From the IMG/VR virus record IMGVR_UViG_3300045988_129544, positions 1 through 44,746 of that record: a stretch of DNA of 44,746 nt; one strand, 5' to 3'. Positions 18,602 to 24,789 of this stretch are shown here, piece after piece. Numbering within the stretch: position 1 is the stretch's first letter; each line of letters opens with the position of its first letter. Source of the stretch: a virus. The position numbers and the translations under genes are program-made. The notes below the pieces were generated by a model. It was not told where the DNA came from. It did no database searches and was given only the letters and a program-made list of their open reading frames with translations.

Positions 18602-18695
18602 TAAAATGCTGCAACAATTTATAGCCCAAGCCAAACAGCAGGGAATCTCTGACAATGATATCAATGCTGGCTTGAGAATGCTCGGGTACAAGTAG
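18516..18695 (+). CDS. hypothetical 59-aa Gln-rich protein (not in the ORF track)
   Basis: AAAGGAG lies 6 nt before ATG 18516. Translation: MNPIYQRQNQQQRQPQAGDLQVIKQNLNDKMLQQFIAQAKQQGISDNDINAGLRMLGYK. Confidence 0.4.
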   Translation: MNPIYQRQNQQQRQPQAGDLQVIKQNLNDKMLQQFIAQAKQQGISDNDINAGLRMLGYK

Positions 18696-18740
18696 GCATC
18701 ACGCGCGATGTGCATTATATTATAAAAGGAGGGATATCTT

Positions 18741-19394
18741 ATGGATATCGGCGAAGCAATGGCGTTGACCAATAGTAACAATAACTGGATGAACAATCCG
18801 TTTATGTATCTCATCTGGTTGGCGTTTTTCGGCGGCGACGGTTTTGGCTTTGGTCGTCGTGGTAATACCTTAACTCAGGCAGAATTACAGGAAGGGTTTA
18901 ATAATCAGAATGTAATGCGTAGTTTGGAAGGTATTAAAAACGGTGTTTGTGATGGTTTTTACGCTATGAACACAAATGCTCTGCAAGGTCAAAATCAGCT
19001 GCAACGTGATATGTGTCAAGGCTTTGGTGCCGTGACAGCCGGCATTACTAATACTGGCTATCAGCTGGGTAACCAAATCACGGAGAACCGTTTTGCGGCT
19101 CAACAATGCTGCTGCGAGACTAATCGCAATATTGACAGCGTTAAAGCCGAGAATTATAAAAACACCTGTGAAATCACTACTGCTATCCACAGCGAAGGTG
19201 AAGCTACTCGTGCTCTTATTACTGCTAACCAAATTCAGGAACTTCGCGATAAACTGGCAGACCGTGACCGTGAATTGCAAGCTGAACGCTATCAAGTTAG
19301 CCAGCTCACTCAAAACGGTACTATCATCGAGGCAGTGCGTCAGCTGTTAGGTCAGCGTGGTTGCGCTGGCTGCCAATATCTGACTGCTGCTTGA
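18741..19394 (+). CDS. hypothetical protein (hydrophobic/Gly-rich N-terminus, Cys-rich centre, C-terminal coiled coil)
   Basis: 217 aa with an AAAGGAGGG SD. Confidence 0.65.
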   Translation: MDIGEAMALTNSNNNWMNNPFMYLIWLAFFGGDGFGFGRRGNTLTQAELQEGFNNQNVMRSLEGIKNGVCDGFYAMNTNALQGQNQLQRDMCQGFGAVTAGITNTGYQLGNQITENRFAAQQCCCETNRNIDSVKAENYKNTCEITTAIHSEGEATRALITANQIQELRDKLADRDRELQAERYQVSQLTQNGTIIEAVRQLLGQRGCAGCQYLTAA

Positions 19395-19410
19395 TTGGCG
19401 GTGAGAGGTA

Positions 19411-19833
19411 ATGGCTTATCTGAATACTTATAATCTTGCTAGTCAAGCTCTGGAGGTTGGCAATGTTATTGCACTGGGGGCTAACGACGTGCAGTTTAGT
19501 GGGTGCTGCAATGGTTTAAGCCATGCAGCCGGTACTGGGATTGTTAACATCAAGGCTCCGGGCGTGTACGAAGTCAACGCTACGGTGACTGTTACTGCTA
19601 CGGCAGCTGGTGCAATCGGCATACAGCTCTATAATGGTGCTGATGCTGTACCGGGTGCTGCTGCCAGTCAAACTGCTGCTGCCGCTGGTGTGGTGACGCT
19701 ACCCATCAGCAAACTGATCCGCGTGCGTCCGTCCTGCGCTGCTGTCGGTAATGCGGCAAATCTCAGCCTGCAGCTGACAGGTGGTGCCGGAACGGTCACC
19801 AGCGTCAATGTAGCAATACATCAAATCGCTTGA
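19411..19833 (+). CDS. hypothetical protein, possibly BclA-C-terminal / C1q-TNF-like jelly-roll domain
   Basis: 140 aa. The pattern IKAPGVYEVNATVTVTATAAGAIGIQLYNGADAVPGA recalls BclA_C-type domains. Confidence 0.6.
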   Translation: MAYLNTYNLASQALEVGNVIALGANDVQFSGCCNGLSHAAGTGIVNIKAPGVYEVNATVTVTATAAGAIGIQLYNGADAVPGAAASQTAAAAGVVTLPISKLIRVRPSCAAVGNAANLSLQLTGGAGTVTSVNVAIHQIA

Positions 19834-19837
19834 TTTT

Positions 19838-19877
19838 ATGCGGTATAGTCTTTAATGGCTATACCGCATATTTTTTA
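19838..19877 (+). terminator. intrinsic terminator closing the cargo unit
   Basis: ATGCGGTATAG-loop-CTATACCGCAT followed by ATTTTTTATTT. Confidence 0.85.
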
Positions 19878-19893
19878 TTTAAAATTTAAATTT

Positions 19894-19927
19894 ATGACTT
19901 GTAATAATCAAAAAGTAGAGTTAATAT
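19894..19927 (+). promoter_or_regulatory. conserved promoter-like cassette, copy A (-35 TTGTAA 19899-19904, 17-nt spacer, -10 TAATAT 19922-19927)
   Basis: ATGACTTGTAATAATCAAAAAGTAGAGTTAATAT; one of six copies. Confidence 0.65.
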
Positions 19928-19960
19928 ACATATAATGAAGATGAAAGGTGGTTATGAACC

Positions 19961-20197
19961 ATGAAAATTATTGATGTTATGCAACAATGGAATGATGATT
20001 GCAATGATTCTTTTCAAATGCTGGCTGGTGAATATTTTTTTGAACAACTCGAATACGATTGCAGCGAAATTGAAGCTTTGAAAGCTACAAAATCGTATCT
20101 GGAAAAATTCACTGATGCTGATTTTGCCGAGCTCATCGGCGGAAAAGATGCTTGGCTGGAAGCGCTAAGAACAATAGATAGTCTTTTGAAAGCCTAA
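19961..20197 (+). CDS. small acidic hypothetical protein (moron-like)
   Basis: 78 aa with a GAAAGGTGG SD, its own promoter-like cassette and its own terminator. Confidence 0.65.
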   Translation: MKIIDVMQQWNDDCNDSFQMLAGEYFFEQLEYDCSEIEALKATKSYLEKFTDADFAELIGGKDAWLEALRTIDSLLKA

Positions 20198-20205
20198 ATC
20201 CCTCA

Positions 20206-20239
20206 CCGCTAACTAAATTTTAGTTAGCGGTTTTATTTT
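20206..20239 (+). terminator. intrinsic terminator
   Basis: CCGCTAACTA-aattt-TAGTTAGCGG followed by TTTTATTTT. Confidence 0.85.
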
Positions 20240-20372
20240 GACCACTTTTTGACTGCTACATCTAGACAGATATACAAAGATATAGTAAAATATAGCATAG
20301 TGTGAATGTTGTCTACCTGCGTAGACATGCGGAAAATGGGGATTTATGCCTTTTGGGGCTGTGGTCTAAAAA

Positions 20373-20434
20373 TGGTCTTGAAAACTAGCGAGGGGGCAAC
20401 TCCTCCGTGGGTTCGAATCCCACCCTTTCCGCCA
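20373..20434 (+). other. attP core: 3' portion of a tRNA-Ser(UGA) gene (anticodon loop CTTGAAA, long variable arm, T-arm GTGGGTTCGAATCCCAC, acceptor 3' strand, GCCA)
   Basis: The sequence GGTCTTGAAAACTAGCGAGGGGGCAACTCCTCCGTGGGTTCGAATCCCACCCTTTCCGCCA has tRNA-Ser architecture. No matching 5' acceptor or D-arm lies upstream. An integrase gene is about 500 bp away. Confidence 0.65.
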
Positions 20435-20503
20435 TTTTATGCGGGTTCCGGCAATCGCTGAAACCTTGACCACTAAAAAACTAGCGACGTTTGACTACTA
20501 GTT

Positions 20504-20533
20504 GACCACTCATGTTTTTGAGTGGTCTTTTTT
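20504..20533 (+). terminator. intrinsic terminator / hairpin in the attP arm
   Basis: GACCACTC-atgttttt-GAGTGGTC followed by TTTTTT. Confidence 0.7.
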
Positions 20534-20570
20534 ATTGTATCCATACAGTTTAAAAGTATTTATGCTAAAA

Positions 20571-20604
20571 TCTGCTTGCATAGATTACAAAATTGAGTTA
20601 ACAT
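20571..20604 (+). promoter_or_regulatory. conserved promoter-like cassette, copy B (-35 TTGCAT 20576-20581, 17-nt spacer, -10 TAACAT 20599-20604)
   Basis: TCTGCTTGCATAGATTACAAAATTGAGTTAACAT. Confidence 0.6.
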
Positions 20605-20631
20605 AGCTACAAAAAATAAGGAGGCTATGTT

Positions 20632-20901
20632 ATGAAAGCACATGTGAAGTATTTTTGCGGTCATGAAGCTGATGTTGATTTGGTTGGCAGTGCTGCTGTC
20701 CGCCAGCAGAAGCTGGCTGGTCTGAAGAAATCTCTCTGCGCTGCTTGTCTTGCCGAAGCATGGAATGCCTGCGTTGCTGGTTGTCTGCCACGTGAGATGT
20801 CCATTGATCAATGGGAAAGCGAGTATCCTGATTGTCGCCGGATGAAGGTGGATGCAGAAAAAGGTACCGTGATTGCCTGGGTACCGGAAAACAGAGCATA
20901 A
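20632..20901 (+). CDS. small Cys-rich hypothetical protein (moron between attP and int)
   Basis: 89 aa with a TAAGGAGG SD, a promoter-like cassette upstream and a terminator downstream. Confidence 0.65.
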   Translation: MKAHVKYFCGHEADVDLVGSAAVRQQKLAGLKKSLCAACLAEAWNACVAGCLPREMSIDQWESEYPDCRRMKVDAEKGTVIAWVPENRA

Positions 20902-20935
20902 AAAAATACCCCGCTGCAAGGCGGGGCTTTTTTTT
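20900..20935. terminator. bidirectional intrinsic terminator shared by the 20632 ORF and int
   Basis: AAAAAAATA-CCCCGC-tgcaag-GCGGGG-CTTTTTTTT; an A-run on one side and a T-run on the other. Confidence 0.85.
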
Positions 20936-20939
20936 ATGT

Positions 20940-22022
20940 TTATATGATGTTAGCCAGGGTTTCCGCTGCGCGCTCATCGTCACCAGGCATTACGTGGCTA
21001 TAGGTGTTGAGCGTCAGATTGGCAGTGCTATGGCCGAGGCGCTGCTGAACCGTCTTGTAGCTGGCACCGTGCTGCAGCAGGAGCGAGGCGCTGGTGTGAC
21101 GCAGGCTGTTGAGGCAGAAGTCTTTCGGCATATCTGCGTTTTTGCCGTAGCGCTTGACGAGCTTGCTTATTGCGTCGGGGTTGAGCGGCCTGCCGTGCTC
21201 TCCCGGAAAAAGGAGGCCGTATGGCTGCCACAGCGCGTCGCTCATGGCCTGCAGCCGGACGGTCCTTATCTGTGCCTTAATGAGCGGAAGAATCGCCTTA
21301 GGCAGGCTCACAGTGCGCCAGCTGTCCTCTGTCTTAGTGCTTGCGCCAATCTCACCGCCACCTTTAATGCGCAGATTGGTCTGCCGGACAGTAAACGTGC
21401 ACCGCTCCAGGTCTACGTCCTGATAACGTAAACCAAGAATCTCACTGCGTCGCATGCCGCTAGTGGCTGCTAATTTGATGAGCAGCTGGTGCGCGGGATC
21501 AGTGATGACGGAGAGCAGCTTTGTGACCTGTGCCTGGGTAAGAGCCACCCACTCGCGCTTGCGGGTAACCTTTGGCTTTTTGATTTGTAGCATGGGATGC
21601 TTTGCAAGCACTCCGTCAATGACTGCTTGGGTAAGCAGAGCCTTGAGCGTTACATAGATATGCTCAACGGTGCGACTGGCAAGCTTTGCTGACAGTGCGG
21701 CTATAAAATCACGGATGGTGGCCGGCTGCAGATTGCAGAGCGGGAAGTCGCCGAGCTCCGGCTTTATGTGCACCCGGATGTGAGACTCGATTGTTGCCCA
21801 GGAATTTTTGCGGATGGCTGCGTGTTGGACGACCAGGTAATGGTCGCACCAATCTTTGAGCAGCATGCCGCTGCTGTAGGTCCCGCTGCGTTTGGCAATC
21901 TTGAATTCCTGCACCTTGCGGTCAAGCTCTGCAGATGTTTTGGCTGTAAAATAGTACTTCTTGCCGAGGTAGGTGACTGTGGTGGCGTAGCGTCCATCAG
22001 CGCGTTTTTTATACTTTGCCAT
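20940..22022 (-). CDS. int: tyrosine recombinase / phage integrase
   Basis: 360 aa. The C-terminal segment LRHTSASLLLQHGASYKTVQQRLGHSTANLTLNTYSHV carries the R..H-x-x-R..Y signature. It is adjacent to attP. Confidence 0.95.
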   Translation of the reverse strand: MAKYKKRADGRYATTVTYLGKKYYFTAKTSAELDRKVQEFKIAKRSGTYSSGMLLKDWCDHYLVVQHAAIRKNSWATIESHIRVHIKPELGDFPLCNLQPATIRDFIAALSAKLASRTVEHIYVTLKALLTQAVIDGVLAKHPMLQIKKPKVTRKREWVALTQAQVTKLLSVITDPAHQLLIKLAATSGMRRSEILGLRYQDVDLERCTFTVRQTNLRIKGGGEIGASTKTEDSWRTVSLPKAILPLIKAQIRTVRLQAMSDALWQPYGLLFPGEHGRPLNPDAISKLVKRYGKNADMPKDFCLNSLRHTSASLLLQHGASYKTVQQRLGHSTANLTLNTYSHVMPGDDERAAETLANII

Positions 22023-22050
22023 TGTGTAAAACCTCCGATTTTGATATAAT
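22022..22050 (+). promoter_or_regulatory. strong sigma70-type promoter pointing away from int (-35 TTGTGT, 17-nt spacer, extended -10 TGATATAAT)
   Basis: Read directly: TTGTGT 22022-22027 and TATAAT 22045-22050, with TG at 22042-22043. Confidence 0.55.
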
Positions 22051-22056
22051 GGAGGT

Positions 22057-22149
22057 GCAATTGTAGTGGATTATTTACATTGCACCTTGCTCTCTTTCGT
22101 GGTGGATTGAGAGCACCTCCGCCTGTGCTGGGAACACGGGCGGTTTTTT
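22057..22149 (+). ncRNA. candidate ~90-nt small RNA, antisense to the leader of int
   Basis: The promoter above is followed by hairpins (GCAAT/ATTGC, GCTCTC/GAGAGC) and the terminator CCGCCTGTG-loop-CACGGGCGG-TTTTTT (22119-22149). No credible ORF is present. Confidence 0.4.
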
Positions 22150-22151
22150 AT

Positions 22152-22571
22152 TTATTGTTTAGTGTATTTTGCCATAGAGTCAACAATGACACCTTTTACT
22201 TCTTGTGGATTAGACACATAGGTGTATTTAATATTCCCGAAAGTTGCGGCACTACTGACAGAAATGTCACCATAGCCTAAAACTCTGCCAATGATGCTCT
22301 GGTTATAGGTTACTTGATTTACTTTGCTTAAAGGCATGTCAATGTAATCACGTTTGATTATACCTGTTTGCAGCATAACTCTACGGTTGGTAATATAAAA
22401 TTTGTCTGTTACCAGCACGATTACCTTATAAATACCCAGTAAAAAGAAAAATGCTGCAACCATATCTAACTTCCAATAAACAAACAAGAAAAAGAGAAAA
22501 AATGGCCAAACAATGAACATTAAGTGTTTCTGAAATCTTTTAATTTCAATTTCATGTTCTTCAAATTGCAT
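22152..22571 (-). CDS. membrane protein with bacterial PH domain (bPH_2 / YdbS-YdbT-like); candidate lysogenic-conversion or exclusion gene
   Basis: 139 aa from ATG 22571, 9 nt after GGGAG. It has two N-terminal hydrophobic helices followed by FYITNRRVMLQTGIIKRDYIDMPLSKVNQVTYNQSIIGRVLGYGDI, typical of bPH_2. The region is AT-rich. Confidence 0.75.
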   Translation of the reverse strand: MQFEEHEIEIKRFQKHLMFIVWPFFLFFLFVYWKLDMVAAFFFLLGIYKVIVLVTDKFYITNRRVMLQTGIIKRDYIDMPLSKVNQVTYNQSIIGRVLGYGDISVSSAATFGNIKYTYVSNPQEVKGVIVDSMAKYTKQ

Positions 22572-22740
22572 AATAAACAACTCCCTTATTTATATTTTTA
22601 TTTCTTCAGCAGTATTTCGCTCTTTCAAGCAGCTGCCGGTTGAAATCTCCCATCTTAGATAAAATTACACTTTCTTTACTTACTATACTCTCCATTGTAA
22701 TAGTTGTGTGATAAACTATTTATAGATTAAAAATATTGTT

Positions 22741-22767
22741 GTCGTCACTTCGGTGGCGACTTTTTTT
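22741..22767 (+). terminator. hairpin terminator with its T-run on the + strand (possibly bidirectional)
   Basis: GTCGTCAC-ttcg-GTGGCGAC followed by TTTTTTT. Confidence 0.6.
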
Positions 22768-22782
22768 GTTTGTGGGGAAGTT

Positions 22783-22887
22783 TCAAGCGGTGGCGGCAGT
22801 TTCTTCTGCCGCCAGAATACCTAAGATAAAAAGATATAATTCCACCTGAGCGTCCTCGTTTAATAGTTTGAGTCGCTCACTGTCCAT
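22783..22887 (-). CDS. possible 34-aa peptide downstream of the repressor gene
   Basis: Translation MDSERLKLLNEDAQVELYLFILGILAAEETAATA. The ATG lies 12 nt after an AAGGAGGTG inside the repressor gene's 3' end. Confidence 0.3.
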   Translation of the reverse strand: MDSERLKLLNEDAQVELYLFILGILAAEETAATA

Positions 22888-22891
22888 GAGA

Positions 22892-23230
22892 TTAATACAC
22901 CTCCTTTTGTTGGTTCCGCAGGTTTTTGGGATTTGAAAGTAAATCCTCAAAATATTCACGAGCGCGCTGTTGCGCTGCAGGACTAAGTTTGTTGTATGCA
23001 TCAATGATTACATTGGTATTATCTTCTGGCTGTTCCCATCCCATTATTACTGCCGGACTAATTTGCAAAGCGTTTGACAATGCTACTATTCTATCACGGC
23101 GCATGTTAGCGATGTCGCCAGATTCCCATCGGGATATTGTTGCAGGAGATACTTTAACTTGCGATGCTACTTCTTCCAGCGTTAAGTTTAACTCTAAACG
23201 CCTGGTTTTGAGTATATCCTTGACTTCCAT
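22892..23230 (-). CDS. CI-like repressor, XRE-family HTH (no S24 peptidase domain)
   Basis: 112 aa. Contains LTLEEVASQVKVSPATISRWESG. It is divergent from a cro-like gene across an operator-rich region. Confidence 0.85.
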   Translation of the reverse strand: MEVKDILKTRRLELNLTLEEVASQVKVSPATISRWESGDIANMRRDRIVALSNALQISPAVIMGWEQPEDNTNVIIDAYNKLSPAAQQRAREYFEDLLSNPKNLRNQQKEVY

Positions 23231-23272
23231 TTTCTCACCTCGCTTATTCGCTTAATTAGAAGATACCACATT

Positions 23273-23356
23273 TTTTGCGAAAAAGCAATAAAATTTTGCG
23301 TTTTCGCCTTGACTTTTGCGTTTACGTACGCTATACTTGTTTACGTAAACGCAAAA
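23273..23356. promoter_or_regulatory. genetic-switch operator array (TTTTGCG half-sites at 23273, 23294 and 23314; inverted CGCAAAA at 23350) overlapping the rightward promoter TTGACT(23309-23314)-17-TATACT(23332-23337)
   Basis: Read directly. TTTGCGTTTACGTA and its reverse complement TACGTAAACGCAAA flank the -10 box. Confidence 0.7.
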
Positions 23357-23373
23357 GAACGGAGGTGAATGTA

Positions 23374-23577
23374 ATGCTTGATAAGGCTAAATTTAAATAT
23401 TTTGTTGCTACCAAAAATTTAACCCTCTCTGATTTAGCAGTTAAAATGGGCATGAACCCTGCTACTTTAAGCAAAAAGCTGAATGGAACAACCGACTTTT
23501 CACGTCATGAAATTCAGCTTTTTAAAGAGATTGTAGGCCTGACTGAATCCGAAATGTTAAGTGTTTTTTTTGCTTAA
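23374..23577 (+). CDS. Cro-like HTH regulator
   Basis: 67 aa from ATG 23374, after GGAGGTG. Contains LTLSDLAVKMGMNPATLSKKLNG. Confidence 0.75.
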   Translation: MLDKAKFKYFVATKNLTLSDLAVKMGMNPATLSKKLNGTTDFSRHEIQLFKEIVGLTESEMLSVFFA

Positions 23578-23580
23578 AAA

Positions 23581-23597
23581 TTTACGTAAACGCAAAA
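23581..23597. promoter_or_regulatory. second exact copy of the 17-mer operator TTTACGTAAACGCAAAA (first copy at 23340-23356)
   Basis: Exact repeat, read directly, immediately after the cro-like stop. Confidence 0.65.
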
Positions 23598-23612
23598 AAC
23601 GAAGGTGATATT

Positions 23613-23786
23613 ATGTGTAAGGATTGGGTTGTGATTTTTCAAAACTTGGAAACTGGTAAGGTAAGACTTGATACATTTACCGAGAGAAACGAGACTGAAG
23701 CGTGTAAATGCTTTTGGGCTTGCTATCGTCATGGGAATTACAAAATCTTGACGGTTGTAGAAAAGCCAAAAGTAGAAAACGCCTAA
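23613..23786 (+). CDS. hypothetical 57-aa protein (not in the ORF track)
   Basis: GAAGGTG SD. Translation: MCKDWVVIFQNLETGKVRLDTFTERNETEACKCFWACYRHGNYKILTVVEKPKVENA. Confidence 0.45.
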   Translation: MCKDWVVIFQNLETGKVRLDTFTERNETEACKCFWACYRHGNYKILTVVEKPKVENA

Positions 23787-23797
23787 GGTGGTGCCGT

Positions 23798-24571
23798 ATG
23801 AATGCCATACAAACTTTCGACAGTCCGGAATTCGGACGTCTCCGTATCCTCGAGCAGGATGGCGCACTGTGGTTCATCGGCAAAGATGTAGCCGCCGTTC
23901 TAGAGTATAAAAATCCCAGCAAGGCGATTCCTCAACATGTTGATGAAGAAGACAGACGAAAGCAAAATGTACCAACTGCCCAAAATGGGAAGTTGGTCGC
24001 AGCAACATGGCTCATCAACGAGTCCGGTCTTTACAGCCTTATCCTCTCGTCCAAACTGCCAAATGCTAAGGCCTTTAAGCGCTGGGTAACATCGGAGGTC
24101 TTGCCCTCAATCCGCAGGACAGGCAAGTACGAAGCCGCGGCGCAGGCGGTTCCCATCAACGATGAGCCTGCCACGGACTTCACGCAGCTTGAGTTCGACC
24201 AGCGCATCCGTATCGCAGCCATCATCGCCAGCTGTCGCAGGGAGCGCTTGCCTCTGGTGGCGAAGGTGCTTTCCCTCGACCTTGAGGAAATGGCGCCGCT
24301 GATGCCGGCTCACATCACTGAGGCAGAGCAAGCCTGCTACCAGTACATCTCCAGTATATATGACTCGCTGGAGCGCGACACGCCGATAGGATATTTTTAC
24401 AATGACTATACCAAATGGTGCATGGAGCAGAACCTGCAGCCGCTGACGAAGCACGGCGTCACGAAGGTGTTCAAAAAATACTTTCCGATGCAGACCGTCG
24501 CCACGGCCTATTATGAAGATGGCACCCGCGTGATGGGGTGCTGCAGATGTTATCGAAAGATGGGGAGGTGA
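23798..24571 (+). CDS. Bro-N domain antirepressor-like protein
   Basis: The N-terminus, FGRLRILEQDGALWFIGKDVAAVLEY...SGLYSLILSSKLPNAKAFKRWVTSEVLPSIRRTG, is classic Bro-N. ATG 23798 follows TAAGGTGG. Confidence 0.8.
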   Translation: MNAIQTFDSPEFGRLRILEQDGALWFIGKDVAAVLEYKNPSKAIPQHVDEEDRRKQNVPTAQNGKLVAATWLINESGLYSLILSSKLPNAKAFKRWVTSEVLPSIRRTGKYEAAAQAVPINDEPATDFTQLEFDQRIRIAAIIASCRRERLPLVAKVLSLDLEEMAPLMPAHITEAEQACYQYISSIYDSLERDTPIGYFYNDYTKWCMEQNLQPLTKHGVTKVFKKYFPMQTVATAYYEDGTRVMGCCRCYRKMGR

Positions 24572-24579
24572 TTCACGAG

Positions 24580-24789
24580 ATGCAATCATTCAATCCGAAT
24601 GAGCCGGTAAAAGCAATAATTGCGGCGCTGCATGAAGCGCGCGTGCCAATAGCGGCTATCGACAATGTTTTTGAATTAGTCAAAGCGGATATAAAGAATC
24701 ATACAGTTCCTTATAATCCGAGTTTAGATAACGCTAAAGATTTAGCGACTTCAGCAACTACAGATAAGGCTACAGAGCCTAATGGCTGA
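24580..24789 (+). CDS. hypothetical protein
   Basis: ATG 24580 lies 8 nt after GGGGAGGTG. 69 aa. Its 3' end overlaps a convergent gene. Confidence 0.5.
   Translation: MQSFNPNEPVKAIIAALHEARVPIAAIDNVFELVKADIKNHTVPYNPSLDNAKDLATSATTDKATEPNG

Noticed and set aside
20331-20434. Possible complete tRNA (GGAAA... start pairs with ...TTTCC GCCA end)
   Set aside because: The span is about 104 nt. Only 5 of 7 acceptor pairs form, there is no D-arm, and the 5' anticodon-stem strand does not pair properly. Only the 3' 60 nt look like tRNA-Ser, so it is treated as an attP fragment.
20832-21431. 199-aa + strand ORF overlapping the integrase gene
   Set aside because: It is antisense to a clearly recognisable tyrosine recombinase and would have to read through the bidirectional terminator at 20900-20935.
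22080-22280. 66-aa + strand ORF between int and the bPH_2 gene
   Set aside because: It has a TTG start without an SD, runs straight through a strong intrinsic terminator and then antisense into the bPH_2 gene. The region is better explained as a non-coding RNA.
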